From Candidatus Dormiibacterota bacterium (GTDB lineage: Bacteria > Chloroflexota > Dormibacteria > DASZGP01), in assembly GCA_035938265.1 (NCBI GenBank), contig DASZHA010000040.1, positions 1-61,204 on the forward strand: DNA of 61,204 nucleotides, in the 5' to 3' direction. This document shows, piece by piece, positions 45,833-53,242 of this stretch (position 1 is the stretch's first letter; each line of letters starts with the position of its first letter). The translations under genes and the position numbers were made by a program. The notes under the pieces are model-generated. The model worked only from the letters and a program-made list of their open reading frames with translations, was not told the origin of the DNA and searched no databases.

Positions 45833-46558
45833 ATGCCAAGACCCAACGCGATCTGCTTCGACATGGGCTACACCCTGTTGCAGCACGCGCCGACCGGGCC
45901 TGACCTCTACCTCCGAATCCTGGCCCAGCACGGCCACACCGTGACGGCGGCGGAGCTCGACGCCGCGGTGCGGCCGGCGCGCGATTTCTACATCAGGGCG
46001 ACCCGTGAGGGCCGGCCGTTCGAGTCCTCGATGGAGCTCGCCATCGAGTTCTGGGAGGAGTACAACGGCATCGTCCTGGAGCGCCTCGGCCTGCCCATCG
46101 ATATCCATGGCAGCCTCGGGAAGAAGATCTACACCGCGGCCTGGAGCCCGGCGTCGTGGCGGCTTTTTCCTGACGTCATCCCGACCCTCGACGAGCTCCG
46201 CCACCAGGGGATCCGCATGGCCGTCATCTCGAACTTCGTCGACACCCTGGACGCGGTCTGCGTCAGCCACGGTCTGAGCCAGTACTTCGACGTCATCCTG
46301 CCCTCGGTGCAGGCAGGGACGATGAAGCCTGACCCGGAGATCTTTGGCATCGCCCTCCGCCGCCTGGGTGTGGAGGCGGAGGAGGCGTGGCACGTCGGCG
46401 ACAACTACTGGGCCGACATCCTCGGCGCCCGTGCCGCCGGCCTTACCGCCGTGCTCGTCGACCGCGAGCGAGCCGTGCCCCACCCCGACGGCCCGGTGGT
46501 GCACTCGCTGGACCAGCTGGTGGGGCTGCTGGCGGAGGCGGAGGAGGAGGCGGCATGA
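45833..46558 (+). CDS. HAD-superfamily hydrolase/phosphatase
   Basis: Track ORF 45812..46558. Motif I ICFDMGYTL, motif II VISNF, motif III/IV KPDPEIF...HVGDNYWADILGA. Confidence 0.8.
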   Translation: MPRPNAICFDMGYTLLQHAPTGPDLYLRILAQHGHTVTAAELDAAVRPARDFYIRATREGRPFESSMELAIEFWEEYNGIVLERLGLPIDIHGSLGKKIYTAAWSPASWRLFPDVIPTLDELRHQGIRMAVISNFVDTLDAVCVSHGLSQYFDVILPSVQAGTMKPDPEIFGIALRRLGVEAEEAWHVGDNYWADILGARAAGLTAVLVDRERAVPHPDGPVVHSLDQLVGLLAEAEEEAA

Positions 46559-47463
46559 CCGCCAGCACCACCGCGCTGGCGGCCGACGTGGCCGAGTACA
46601 TCGAGAGCCAGGCCTCGATGCCGCTGCGGCTGGTGGACGTCGGGGTTGAGCACCAGGGCAGCGTCCCCGTTGTCCGTGGCACCGTGCTGACCCCGGGGCA
46701 GGGCGCCGCGCTGCGGAAGATCGCGGAGCGCCACGCAGCCGGCCTCGATATCCAGGTCATCGGCGACCCGGTGGCGCGCCTGGAGCAGGCCTGGCTGAAG
46801 CTCAGCGGAGCAAGTCTGGAGGTGTGGCGGGACCCTGGTTCCATGGGCCAGGACCAGGCCCGGGCCACCGAATACCTCGCCATCGACGGGGCGCTGCGGC
46901 TCCTGGGGCGGCTGCCGGGGGCGATGCTGGTCCAGGGCCCGGACCTGACCATCGGCTGGATCGATGAGGCGGGCGTCGTCACCGCCGAGGCAGATGCCTC
47001 GCGCGCGGACTGGGAGCACCGGGTGCGCGCCGCCCCCGGCCACGCAATCGACCCCGACCCCGCCATCCAACGCCCGGACGCCGAGGTCCTCGGCCACCTC
47101 CTCGCCGCCGGCCGCGAGGCGCTGGACACACCGTACCGCTGGGGCGGGACCACCGCTGCCGGCTACGACTGCTCGGGCCTGGTGCAGCGCCTGTTCTCGC
47201 TGACCACCGGGATCCTCCTGCCCAAGCACACGGGCGACCAGCGCCACGTCGGGGCCCGCGTGGTCGACGGCGAGCGCCGGGCCGGCGACCTCCTCTTCGC
47301 CACCCCCATCGGGCAGAAGGTGGGACACGTCATGCTCGTCACGTCGCCGGATTCACTGCTGCACGCCTGCCGCACCGAGCAGCGGGTCATCGAGGAGCGC
47401 CTCGAGGACAACGCCAAGCGATACCAACACCAGGGGTACCGGCGGCCGGTGCAGCTGCCCTGA
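46555..47463 (+). CDS. NlpC/P60 (C40) family peptidase without obvious signal peptide
   Basis: Track ORF 46387..47463. ATG 46555 overlaps the HAD stop (ATGA). C-terminal PYRWGGTTAAGYDCSGLVQRLF...GDLLFA...GHVMLV (Cys-His catalytic pair). Confidence 0.8.
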   Translation: MTASTTALAADVAEYIESQASMPLRLVDVGVEHQGSVPVVRGTVLTPGQGAALRKIAERHAAGLDIQVIGDPVARLEQAWLKLSGASLEVWRDPGSMGQDQARATEYLAIDGALRLLGRLPGAMLVQGPDLTIGWIDEAGVVTAEADASRADWEHRVRAAPGHAIDPDPAIQRPDAEVLGHLLAAGREALDTPYRWGGTTAAGYDCSGLVQRLFSLTTGILLPKHTGDQRHVGARVVDGERRAGDLLFATPIGQKVGHVMLVTSPDSLLHACRTEQRVIEERLEDNAKRYQHQGYRRPVQLP

Positions 47464-47507
47464 AACCAATAGGCCAGCGGATCGGGTCGTGGGACGACCT
47501 TGCAGCG

Positions 47508-49004
47508 CTGAGACAGGGCTCGGTACACGTTGTCGGCGCCGGGAGCGTAGAGGGCGCCCACCTCCTCCTCTTCCTCCTCGACCACGGCTTCACCAATCTG
47601 GTCGGCCACGACTTCGCCGCCGCCGCTGATTTCGACCGCGCCTTCAACCGCGTCCACGTCGGCTGGCCCAAGGACGAGCGGGCGGCGATGCTGGCGCGGC
47701 TGCACGCCTCGGTCGACCTGCGCTTCCAGGACCGCTACCTCGACGGCATCGAGGACGCCGGCGCCATCGCAGTCACCCAGGGGTGGTACCTGTACGACGC
47801 CAACCGAGTTCTGCTGGAGTCAGAGGCGCTGCAGTCGCGCTTCTTCAGCCTGGTGCAGCTCTACCTGGCGCTGGCGCCGGGCACTGTGGTCGGCGTCACC
47901 GGCAGCCTGGGCAAGTCGACCACCACCCACCTGCTGGGCGAGATGCTGGTTGCCGGCGGGCGCGACGTTATATTCGCCGGCAACGATCGCCACGGACAGC
48001 AGGCGTTGGGGCGGCTGGAGACCGCCGGTGCCGGCAGCATCCTGCTCCTGGAGATCAGCAACCGCCACCTGAAGGCGCTGGACCGCAGCCCCGACGTCGC
48101 GGTGGTGACCAACGTCTTTCCCAACCACCTGGACGAGCACGGCGGCTGGGATGGGTACCTCGAGGCCAAGACGGGGCTGGTGCGCCGCCAGTCGCCGGGC
48201 GACATCGCCGTGCTCAACGCCGACCTCGCCGTCACCCGCGCCATGGTCGGCGCCACCACCGCAGAGGTGTTCTGGTTCGGCCAGACCACGGGCGACCGGG
48301 GCGAGCGTGGCATCCGCGTGGAGCCCAGCCGCCTGGTCGACATCGGGATGGGCGGCTTCCAGCTGGCGACACAGGACATCCCGCTGGCCGGACGGCACAA
48401 CATGGAGAACGTGGCCGCCGCGGCCACGGCGGCGCTGGCGATGGGGGTGCCGCCGCGCCCCATCCACGACGCCGTGCGCCGCTTCCGCGGGCTCAAGCAC
48501 CGGATCCAGTTTGTCTGGGACTCAGACGGCGTGCGCTTCTACGACGACCTCAACAGCACCACGCCCACCGCCACCGAGGCCGCCCTGCGCACCCTGGGCG
48601 ACGGCGTGGTCTGGATCTTCGGCGGCGATGACAAAGGGCTGGATGCCTCGAGCCTGGCCGCGGCGGCACGCTACGCCGTCAAAATCGGCCTGGCGCTGCC
48701 GGGCGCCGGAACCGACCGCATCATGGCGCAGCTGCAGGCCGAGGGCGTTGCCGTCGAGGCCGTGCCCGACCTCCCCTTCGCCGTGGATCGCGCCGTTGCG
48801 CTGGCCGCGGCGGGCGACAAGGTCCTGCTCTCGCCCGCCTGTCCCGGCTTCTTCTCCCTCTACTACGTGGGGACCTCGGACGACGTCGGCTTCAAGAAGC
48901 TGGTGCGTGCGGCAACGCTTGGTGGGGGAGTCCGAGACCAGGAAACGGCGCCCGCCGAGGCGGTGGAGCCTACTTCTCCTCCTGCTCGTAAACCTCGACG
49001 GTGA
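47508..49004 (+). CDS. MurD-like Mur-family ligase (start uncertain; conserved N-terminus lies upstream of the first canonical start)
   Basis: Track ORF 47688..49004. GVTGSLGKSTTTHLLGEML (P-loop), NVFPNHLDEHG, GRHNMENV, RGLKHRIQFV...LNSTTPTAT...LLSPACPGF. The in-frame upstream codons read LRQGSVHVVGAGSVEGAHLLLFLLDHGFTNLVGHD (MurD Rossmann motif), with no ATG, GTG or TTG. CTG 47508, ATC 47481 and ATA 47469 are the in-frame near-cognate candidates. Confidence 0.75.
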   Translation: MRQGSVHVVGAGSVEGAHLLLFLLDHGFTNLVGHDFAAAADFDRAFNRVHVGWPKDERAAMLARLHASVDLRFQDRYLDGIEDAGAIAVTQGWYLYDANRVLLESEALQSRFFSLVQLYLALAPGTVVGVTGSLGKSTTTHLLGEMLVAGGRDVIFAGNDRHGQQALGRLETAGAGSILLLEISNRHLKALDRSPDVAVVTNVFPNHLDEHGGWDGYLEAKTGLVRRQSPGDIAVLNADLAVTRAMVGATTAEVFWFGQTTGDRGERGIRVEPSRLVDIGMGGFQLATQDIPLAGRHNMENVAAAATAALAMGVPPRPIHDAVRRFRGLKHRIQFVWDSDGVRFYDDLNSTTPTATEAALRTLGDGVVWIFGGDDKGLDASSLAAAARYAVKIGLALPGAGTDRIMAQLQAEGVAVEAVPDLPFAVDRAVALAAAGDKVLLSPACPGFFSLYYVGTSDDVGFKKLVRAATLGGGVRDQETAPAEAVEPTSPPARKPRR

Positions 49005-49119
49005 TCGGGTCCGTGCTGATCACCTCGAGGTCGGCGCCGCATCCCGCGCACACCAGGACCTCACCCAACCGGGGGTTGGGCTGGTCGATGGGCGCTCCGC
49101 ATTCGGGACAATTGGCCAT
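48970..49119 (-). CDS. LysW/ArgW-like zinc-ribbon amino-group-carrier-type protein (49 aa)
   Basis: Below the 60-aa cutoff, so not in the track. My translation is MANCPECGAPIDQPNPRLGEVLVCAGCGADLEVISTDPITVEVYEQEEK. It has two CxxCG knuckles, an LGE..C..CGA.LEV core as in LysW, and an acidic tail. By my count about 85% GC3. Overlaps the 3' end of the MurD-like gene by 35 nt (convergent). Confidence 0.7.
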   Translation of the reverse strand: MANCPECGAPIDQPNPRLGEVLVCAGCGADLEVISTDPITVEVYEQEEK

Positions 49120-49143
49120 GTCCTTCGATCATAGCCAAGCACG

Positions 49144-50124
49144 GTGATGCTCTCCCTGGGCGAGGGCGGCACCCCCCTCCGCCGCGAGAAGTGGCTCGCC
49201 GAGTGGGCCGGGGTCGAGACCGTCTGGGTCAAGCGCGAGGACCAGAACCCCACCGGTTCGCACAAGGACCGCGGAGCCAGGGCCCAGCTGGAGGCCTGCA
49301 TGGCGCGCGGCGACCGCGTCGCGGTGATTTCGTCGTCGGGCAACGCTGCCCTGGCGGCGGCGACCTACGGCCGTGCCGCCGGGGTCCAGGTGGTGGCGCT
49401 GATCTCGCCGATGACCGAGCCCGGCCGCGCCGCCGCCATCCGCGACGCCGGCGCCCGGGTGGTGGTCACCACCAAGCCGATCAACTACACCATCAGGCTG
49501 TCGCGGGTGTGCGGCTGGCCCGACCTGCGTCCCTCCCAGTCGCCCGAGGCGCTGGCCGGCTTCCGGACCCTGGGCGAGGAGCTGGCCGCCGAGCTGCCCG
49601 GCGAGGACATCGCCCTTTTTGGCTACGCCAGCAGCGGCACCACCTACCAGGCCGTCGGCGAGGCGCTGGCGGAGCGCGGCAGCCGGGTTGCCCTCCACCC
49701 GGTGCAGGCGGGGCTGGTCAACGGCCTGAGTGCCGCCTTCGACCGTCCCGGTGAGGGAAAGCGGAGCATCGTCGGCGACCTCGGCGTCAAGCACTCAAAC
49801 CGCACCGACGACGTCGTCCGGCTGGTCCGCGCCAGCGGTGGTGAGGCCTGGTGGGTCGGCGACAACGCCATCATCGAGGCCGGCCATTTCCTCGAGGAAC
49901 AGGGATACGCGCTGGCCCGCGAGTGCTGGGCGGCGCTGGCCGGGCTGGGGCTTGCGGCTGAGACCAATGGGATATCACAGGCGTGCCTGTTGCTCACCGG
50001 CCGCGCGGCGCCGGCGTCAGTGGATGATGCCCAGGCTGGGACCGCCATCGACGCGATCGGTTCGGTACCGCACCCGGCCACCGAGTTCCGCGAGGTCGTT
50101 GACCTCGTCGCCGACCTACGGTGA
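49144..50124 (+). CDS. Fold-type II PLP-dependent enzyme, threonine-synthase-like
   Basis: LSLGEGGTPL...EDQNPTGSHKDRGA (PLP-lysine motif, compare NPTGSFKDRG), SSSGNAALAAATYGRAAG. 326 aa, with a shorter N-terminus than ThrC. Confidence 0.8.
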   Translation: MMLSLGEGGTPLRREKWLAEWAGVETVWVKREDQNPTGSHKDRGARAQLEACMARGDRVAVISSSGNAALAAATYGRAAGVQVVALISPMTEPGRAAAIRDAGARVVVTTKPINYTIRLSRVCGWPDLRPSQSPEALAGFRTLGEELAAELPGEDIALFGYASSGTTYQAVGEALAERGSRVALHPVQAGLVNGLSAAFDRPGEGKRSIVGDLGVKHSNRTDDVVRLVRASGGEAWWVGDNAIIEAGHFLEEQGYALARECWAALAGLGLAAETNGISQACLLLTGRAAPASVDDAQAGTAIDAIGSVPHPATEFREVVDLVADLR

Positions 50125-50134
50125 GGCTTCAGCC

Positions 50135-51481
50135 TTGACAGCGCAGGAGGCCGCGGTGGTGCAGGCCCGGGATGCCCTGGGGCAATCGAGGCCGGCGGTG
50201 GTGGCTCACGACGTCTGGTGGGCCCTCGGGCTCGAGCGGCTCCTCCCCGAGACCGTGCTCTTCTGCGTCCAGCGCTCTGGTGCGGTCGAGCGACTGCGTC
50301 AGCGGGGTGTCGAGGTCTTCTGCCTCTCGGAGCACGTGAGCGATCCGCGAGTCGCCTACATGTCGGCGGTCGATATCTTCGAGCACCCATCGGCTCGGGC
50401 CTTCTGCGCCGGGTTGGGAGGGTTCACGGTGATCGCGATCCGGCCCAACGCCCGGCTGGCGGGCGCCATCGAGGCCGCCGGTGGCCGCTCGCTGGGCTCG
50501 CCTCACAGCCTCGATACGGGCCGGCGCTTCGAGAACAAACTGGCGTTCGTCGACATCGCGCGAAAGGCCGGGGTGCCGACCCCGCGTTGGGAAATCGTCG
50601 CTGCTCACAACGGTGGCTCGTTGGACCAGCTCAGCCGGCGGCTGGGCCCGCGGCTGGTGGTGCAGGCGCCGCGCGGCAACGCCGGCCAGCGAACCTGGTT
50701 TGTCGACAGCCAAGCCTCGCTGGACGCCATCAGAGCGGCCGAGGGCGACCGGCCCCTGCGGGTGGCCGAGCTGGTGGAGGGGATGCCGTTCACCGCCAAC
50801 GGGGTGGCCGGCCCAGGCGGGGAGGTGGTCGCCGCCGAGGCGTGCCGGCAGGTCACCGGCGTCGAGTGGCTGACGCCGATGGCGCTGGGCTCGTCAGGCA
50901 ACGCCTACGGCGAGCCGCTCCTCGCCCCGCATGCCGTGGCCACGGCAGCCGCGGTTTCGGCGCTGGGGTCGGCCCTGGTGGAGGCGGGCTACTCCGGGAT
51001 GTTCGGCGTCGACTTCGTCCTCGGCCCCCAGGGCCCGGTGGTGATCGAGACCAACCCGCGGCTGGTGGCGTCGGTGCCGCTGGCCAGCCAGCTGGAGATC
51101 TCCGCCGGGCGCGTCCCGCTGCTTCTCTCGCACCTCCTGGCGGGCCTGGAGGCGGCGCAGGCGGCCTCGGTTGATGGGGATGCGGCGCCGCCGCTGGCCG
51201 GCGCCTCCCAGGTGATGGTCCGGCGCCTCCCCGGCGATCCCGGGGCGCGCCCCGAGATGGCCACCGGCGTGTACTCGGTGGCTGCCGGGCGGGCGCCTGT
51301 TTTCCTGCGTGAGGGCGTATACGTCGACGATCTCGCCGGCGAAGACGAGGCGCTCATCCTGGCGCGCGACGCCACCGAGCCCGTGAGCCCGGGCAAGGAG
51401 TACGCCCGCATCTTCGTTCGCGGCCCCGGCGCTGAGAACCACCCCGGCGTCCGCGAGGCGGTGACCGCCCTCCGCGGCTGA
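50135..51481 (+). CDS. ATP-grasp family ligase (about 448 aa)
   Basis: Track ORF 49730..51481. TTG 50135 follows the PLP gene stop. RFENKLAFVDIARKAGVPTPRW, LVVQAPRGNAGQRTWFV, AELVEGMPFTANGV, GYSGMFGVDFVL...VIETNPRL. Confidence 0.75.
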   Translation: MTAQEAAVVQARDALGQSRPAVVAHDVWWALGLERLLPETVLFCVQRSGAVERLRQRGVEVFCLSEHVSDPRVAYMSAVDIFEHPSARAFCAGLGGFTVIAIRPNARLAGAIEAAGGRSLGSPHSLDTGRRFENKLAFVDIARKAGVPTPRWEIVAAHNGGSLDQLSRRLGPRLVVQAPRGNAGQRTWFVDSQASLDAIRAAEGDRPLRVAELVEGMPFTANGVAGPGGEVVAAEACRQVTGVEWLTPMALGSSGNAYGEPLLAPHAVATAAAVSALGSALVEAGYSGMFGVDFVLGPQGPVVIETNPRLVASVPLASQLEISAGRVPLLLSHLLAGLEAAQAASVDGDAAPPLAGASQVMVRRLPGDPGARPEMATGVYSVAAGRAPVFLREGVYVDDLAGEDEALILARDATEPVSPGKEYARIFVRGPGAENHPGVREAVTALRG

Positions 51482-51484
51482 CCC

Positions 51485-52375
51485 TCAGCCAAAGGCTCGC
51501 AGCATCACCCCCCAGAAAAGCGGCAGCATCACGAGGATCACGAACTCTGGGAGGTAGACCCCCACCAGCACGCCCATCAGCCGGGTCGAGATCTGGGACG
51601 CCGCCGCAGTGGCGCGGTTGCGCTGCGCCATCCGGACCAGCAGCTCCTGGTCGCGCAGGATCAGCTCCATCCCAGTGCCCACCCGCTTGCCCTGGGCGAT
51701 GGCGGCGACCAGGGTCCGCAGCTCGTCGACTCCCACGCGGTCGGCCATCGCCTGGAGGCTGTGGCCGATGGTTTGGCCCAGCCCGTACTCGCCCAGTGCC
51801 CGGCGCAGCTCGGCGGCCAGGATGTTGGCCGGGTCGGCCTGGCTTGCCTGCCCCGATACCACGTGGAGGGCCTGCTCCAGTGGCACCTGGGCGTTGGTGA
51901 AGGCCCGCAGCAGGCCGACGAGGTCGGGCAGCTCGGCCAGCACCTGGGCGCGGCGCCGGGCCCGTCGCCGCGCGATGTAAATGCTGGGTGCGGTGAAGCT
52001 TGCCCAGGCCGCCGCCGGTGTCAGCAGCAGCGCCCCGGGCAGGCCCGCGCCGATCACCATGCACACCGCCGTCGCGACCAGCGCCAGCAGCAGCTTGAGG
52101 CCGGTGGCCTCCTCGGGAGTGAAGGCCTCGGGGTCGATGCCGGCCTCCACCAGGTCCTGGCGGCTGACCCACCTCGCCCCCAGGCCGGCGCGGCTGGTGA
52201 AGCCGCGGAGAAGCTCGCGGGCGACGGCGCGCCGCGATCGTCGGGGCGGCGCCACGTCGTGGGTGCTGGCGCGGATGAAGGCGAGGGCGCGGCTGGCGCC
52301 CGACCGTCGTGGCCGGGGCACGACCGCCATCAGCAAACAGAAGACCGCGGTGCTGACAGCCAGGGCGGGCAGCAC
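51485..52375 (-). CDS. tadC: Type II secretion system F-family protein (TadC-like)
   Basis: 296 aa with an N-terminal TM, a T2SSF domain (ELPDLVGLLRAFTNAQVPLEQAL...) and two C-terminal TM helices. Confidence 0.8.
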   Translation of the reverse strand: MLPALAVSTAVFCLLMAVVPRPRRSGASRALAFIRASTHDVAPPRRSRRAVARELLRGFTSRAGLGARWVSRQDLVEAGIDPEAFTPEEATGLKLLLALVATAVCMVIGAGLPGALLLTPAAAWASFTAPSIYIARRRARRRAQVLAELPDLVGLLRAFTNAQVPLEQALHVVSGQASQADPANILAAELRRALGEYGLGQTIGHSLQAMADRVGVDELRTLVAAIAQGKRVGTGMELILRDQELLVRMAQRNRATAAASQISTRLMGVLVGVYLPEFVILVMLPLFWGVMLRAFG

Positions 52376-52378
52376 CGG

Positions 52379-53242
52379 TCAAACGCTGACGCGGCTGAGA
52401 CGGAAGCTCAGGTAGATCCCCAGGACCTCAAGCGCCGCCGCCGCCGGCAGGAGGATATACCGGCCGGTCCAGGTGTCGTCAAGGACGTTGAGGAAGTACG
52501 GACTCACCAGCCGCAGGTAGAGGTAGATCGCCGGCACCAACAGCGCCAGGACCCAGATCTGGGCCCGCTGCCCGGTGGTCTGAGCGCGGACCTCGCCGGC
52601 CAGCTGCACGTTGAAGCGCACGGTGGTGGAGATGTCCATCAGCAGCTCCCGGGCGCGCTCGGCGGGAATCTTCTGGGCGGCGCAGATAGTCAGGTTGTCC
52701 CAGACCAGGGCCAGGTTGCGGCCCGCCAGCCGGGGGCGCACCTGGCGAAGGGCGTCCTCCAGGGGGACGTCCAGGAGGAACTGACCGATGACCTCGCCGA
52801 GGTCGTCGGCCAGGCTGCGGTCGCCGATGTCCCGCCGGGCGGCTTGCAGGGCGTCGAGGTAGGTGCCGCCGGTCCCCAGGTTGGTCACCAGCAGGAGGAG
52901 CAGCTGGGGCGCCTGCCTCTCGCTCCGCGCCCGCCGCCTTGCCGTCAGGACAGCCAGCAGCGACCGTGGCAGCAGCAGACCGGCGGCGAAGCCGGCCATT
53001 CCGACCACTGGCGAATAGAGCCAGCCGGCGACCAGTGCCGTGGGTGGCGCCAGCATCGCCATGGCTTCAAATGGCGCCGGCCCGATCGCCACCCGCGCCC
53101 GCAACAGATCGGCCCGCCGTCGCTGCAGCCGCCTGCGATACCAGCGGCGGAGGGCGCCCGCGGGCTGCGCCGACCGGGGCAGGACGGCGGCACCGAGGGC
53201 GAAGACCGCCAGGGCGGTGGCGGCGCCACCTAGGAGATCCAG
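52379..53242 (-). CDS. tadB: Type II secretion system F-family protein (TadB-like); start uncertain
   Basis: Track ORF 52379..53104 (TTG start). The in-frame 125 nt upstream has about 90% GC3 by my count and encodes a hydrophobic helix ([17 protein letters not shown]), but contains no ATG, GTG or TTG. CTG 53242 is preceded by GAGGG with 6-nt spacing. Confidence 0.7.
   Translation of the reverse strand: MDLLGGAATALAVFALGAAVLPRSAQPAGALRRWYRRRLQRRRADLLRARVAIGPAPFEAMAMLAPPTALVAGWLYSPVVGMAGFAAGLLLPRSLLAVLTARRRARSERQAPQLLLLLVTNLGTGGTYLDALQAARRDIGDRSLADDLGEVIGQFLLDVPLEDALRQVRPRLAGRNLALVWDNLTICAAQKIPAERARELLMDISTTVRFNVQLAGEVRAQTTGQRAQIWVLALLVPAIYLYLRLVSPYFLNVLDDTWTGRYILLPAAAALEVLGIYLSFRLSRVSV

Noticed and set aside
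52945-53229. 94-aa ORF starting with GTG directly after the cpaF stop
   Set aside because: The product is P/S/R/W/C-rich and not hydrophobic. The other frame, continuous with tadB, has the higher GC3 and encodes a TM helix.
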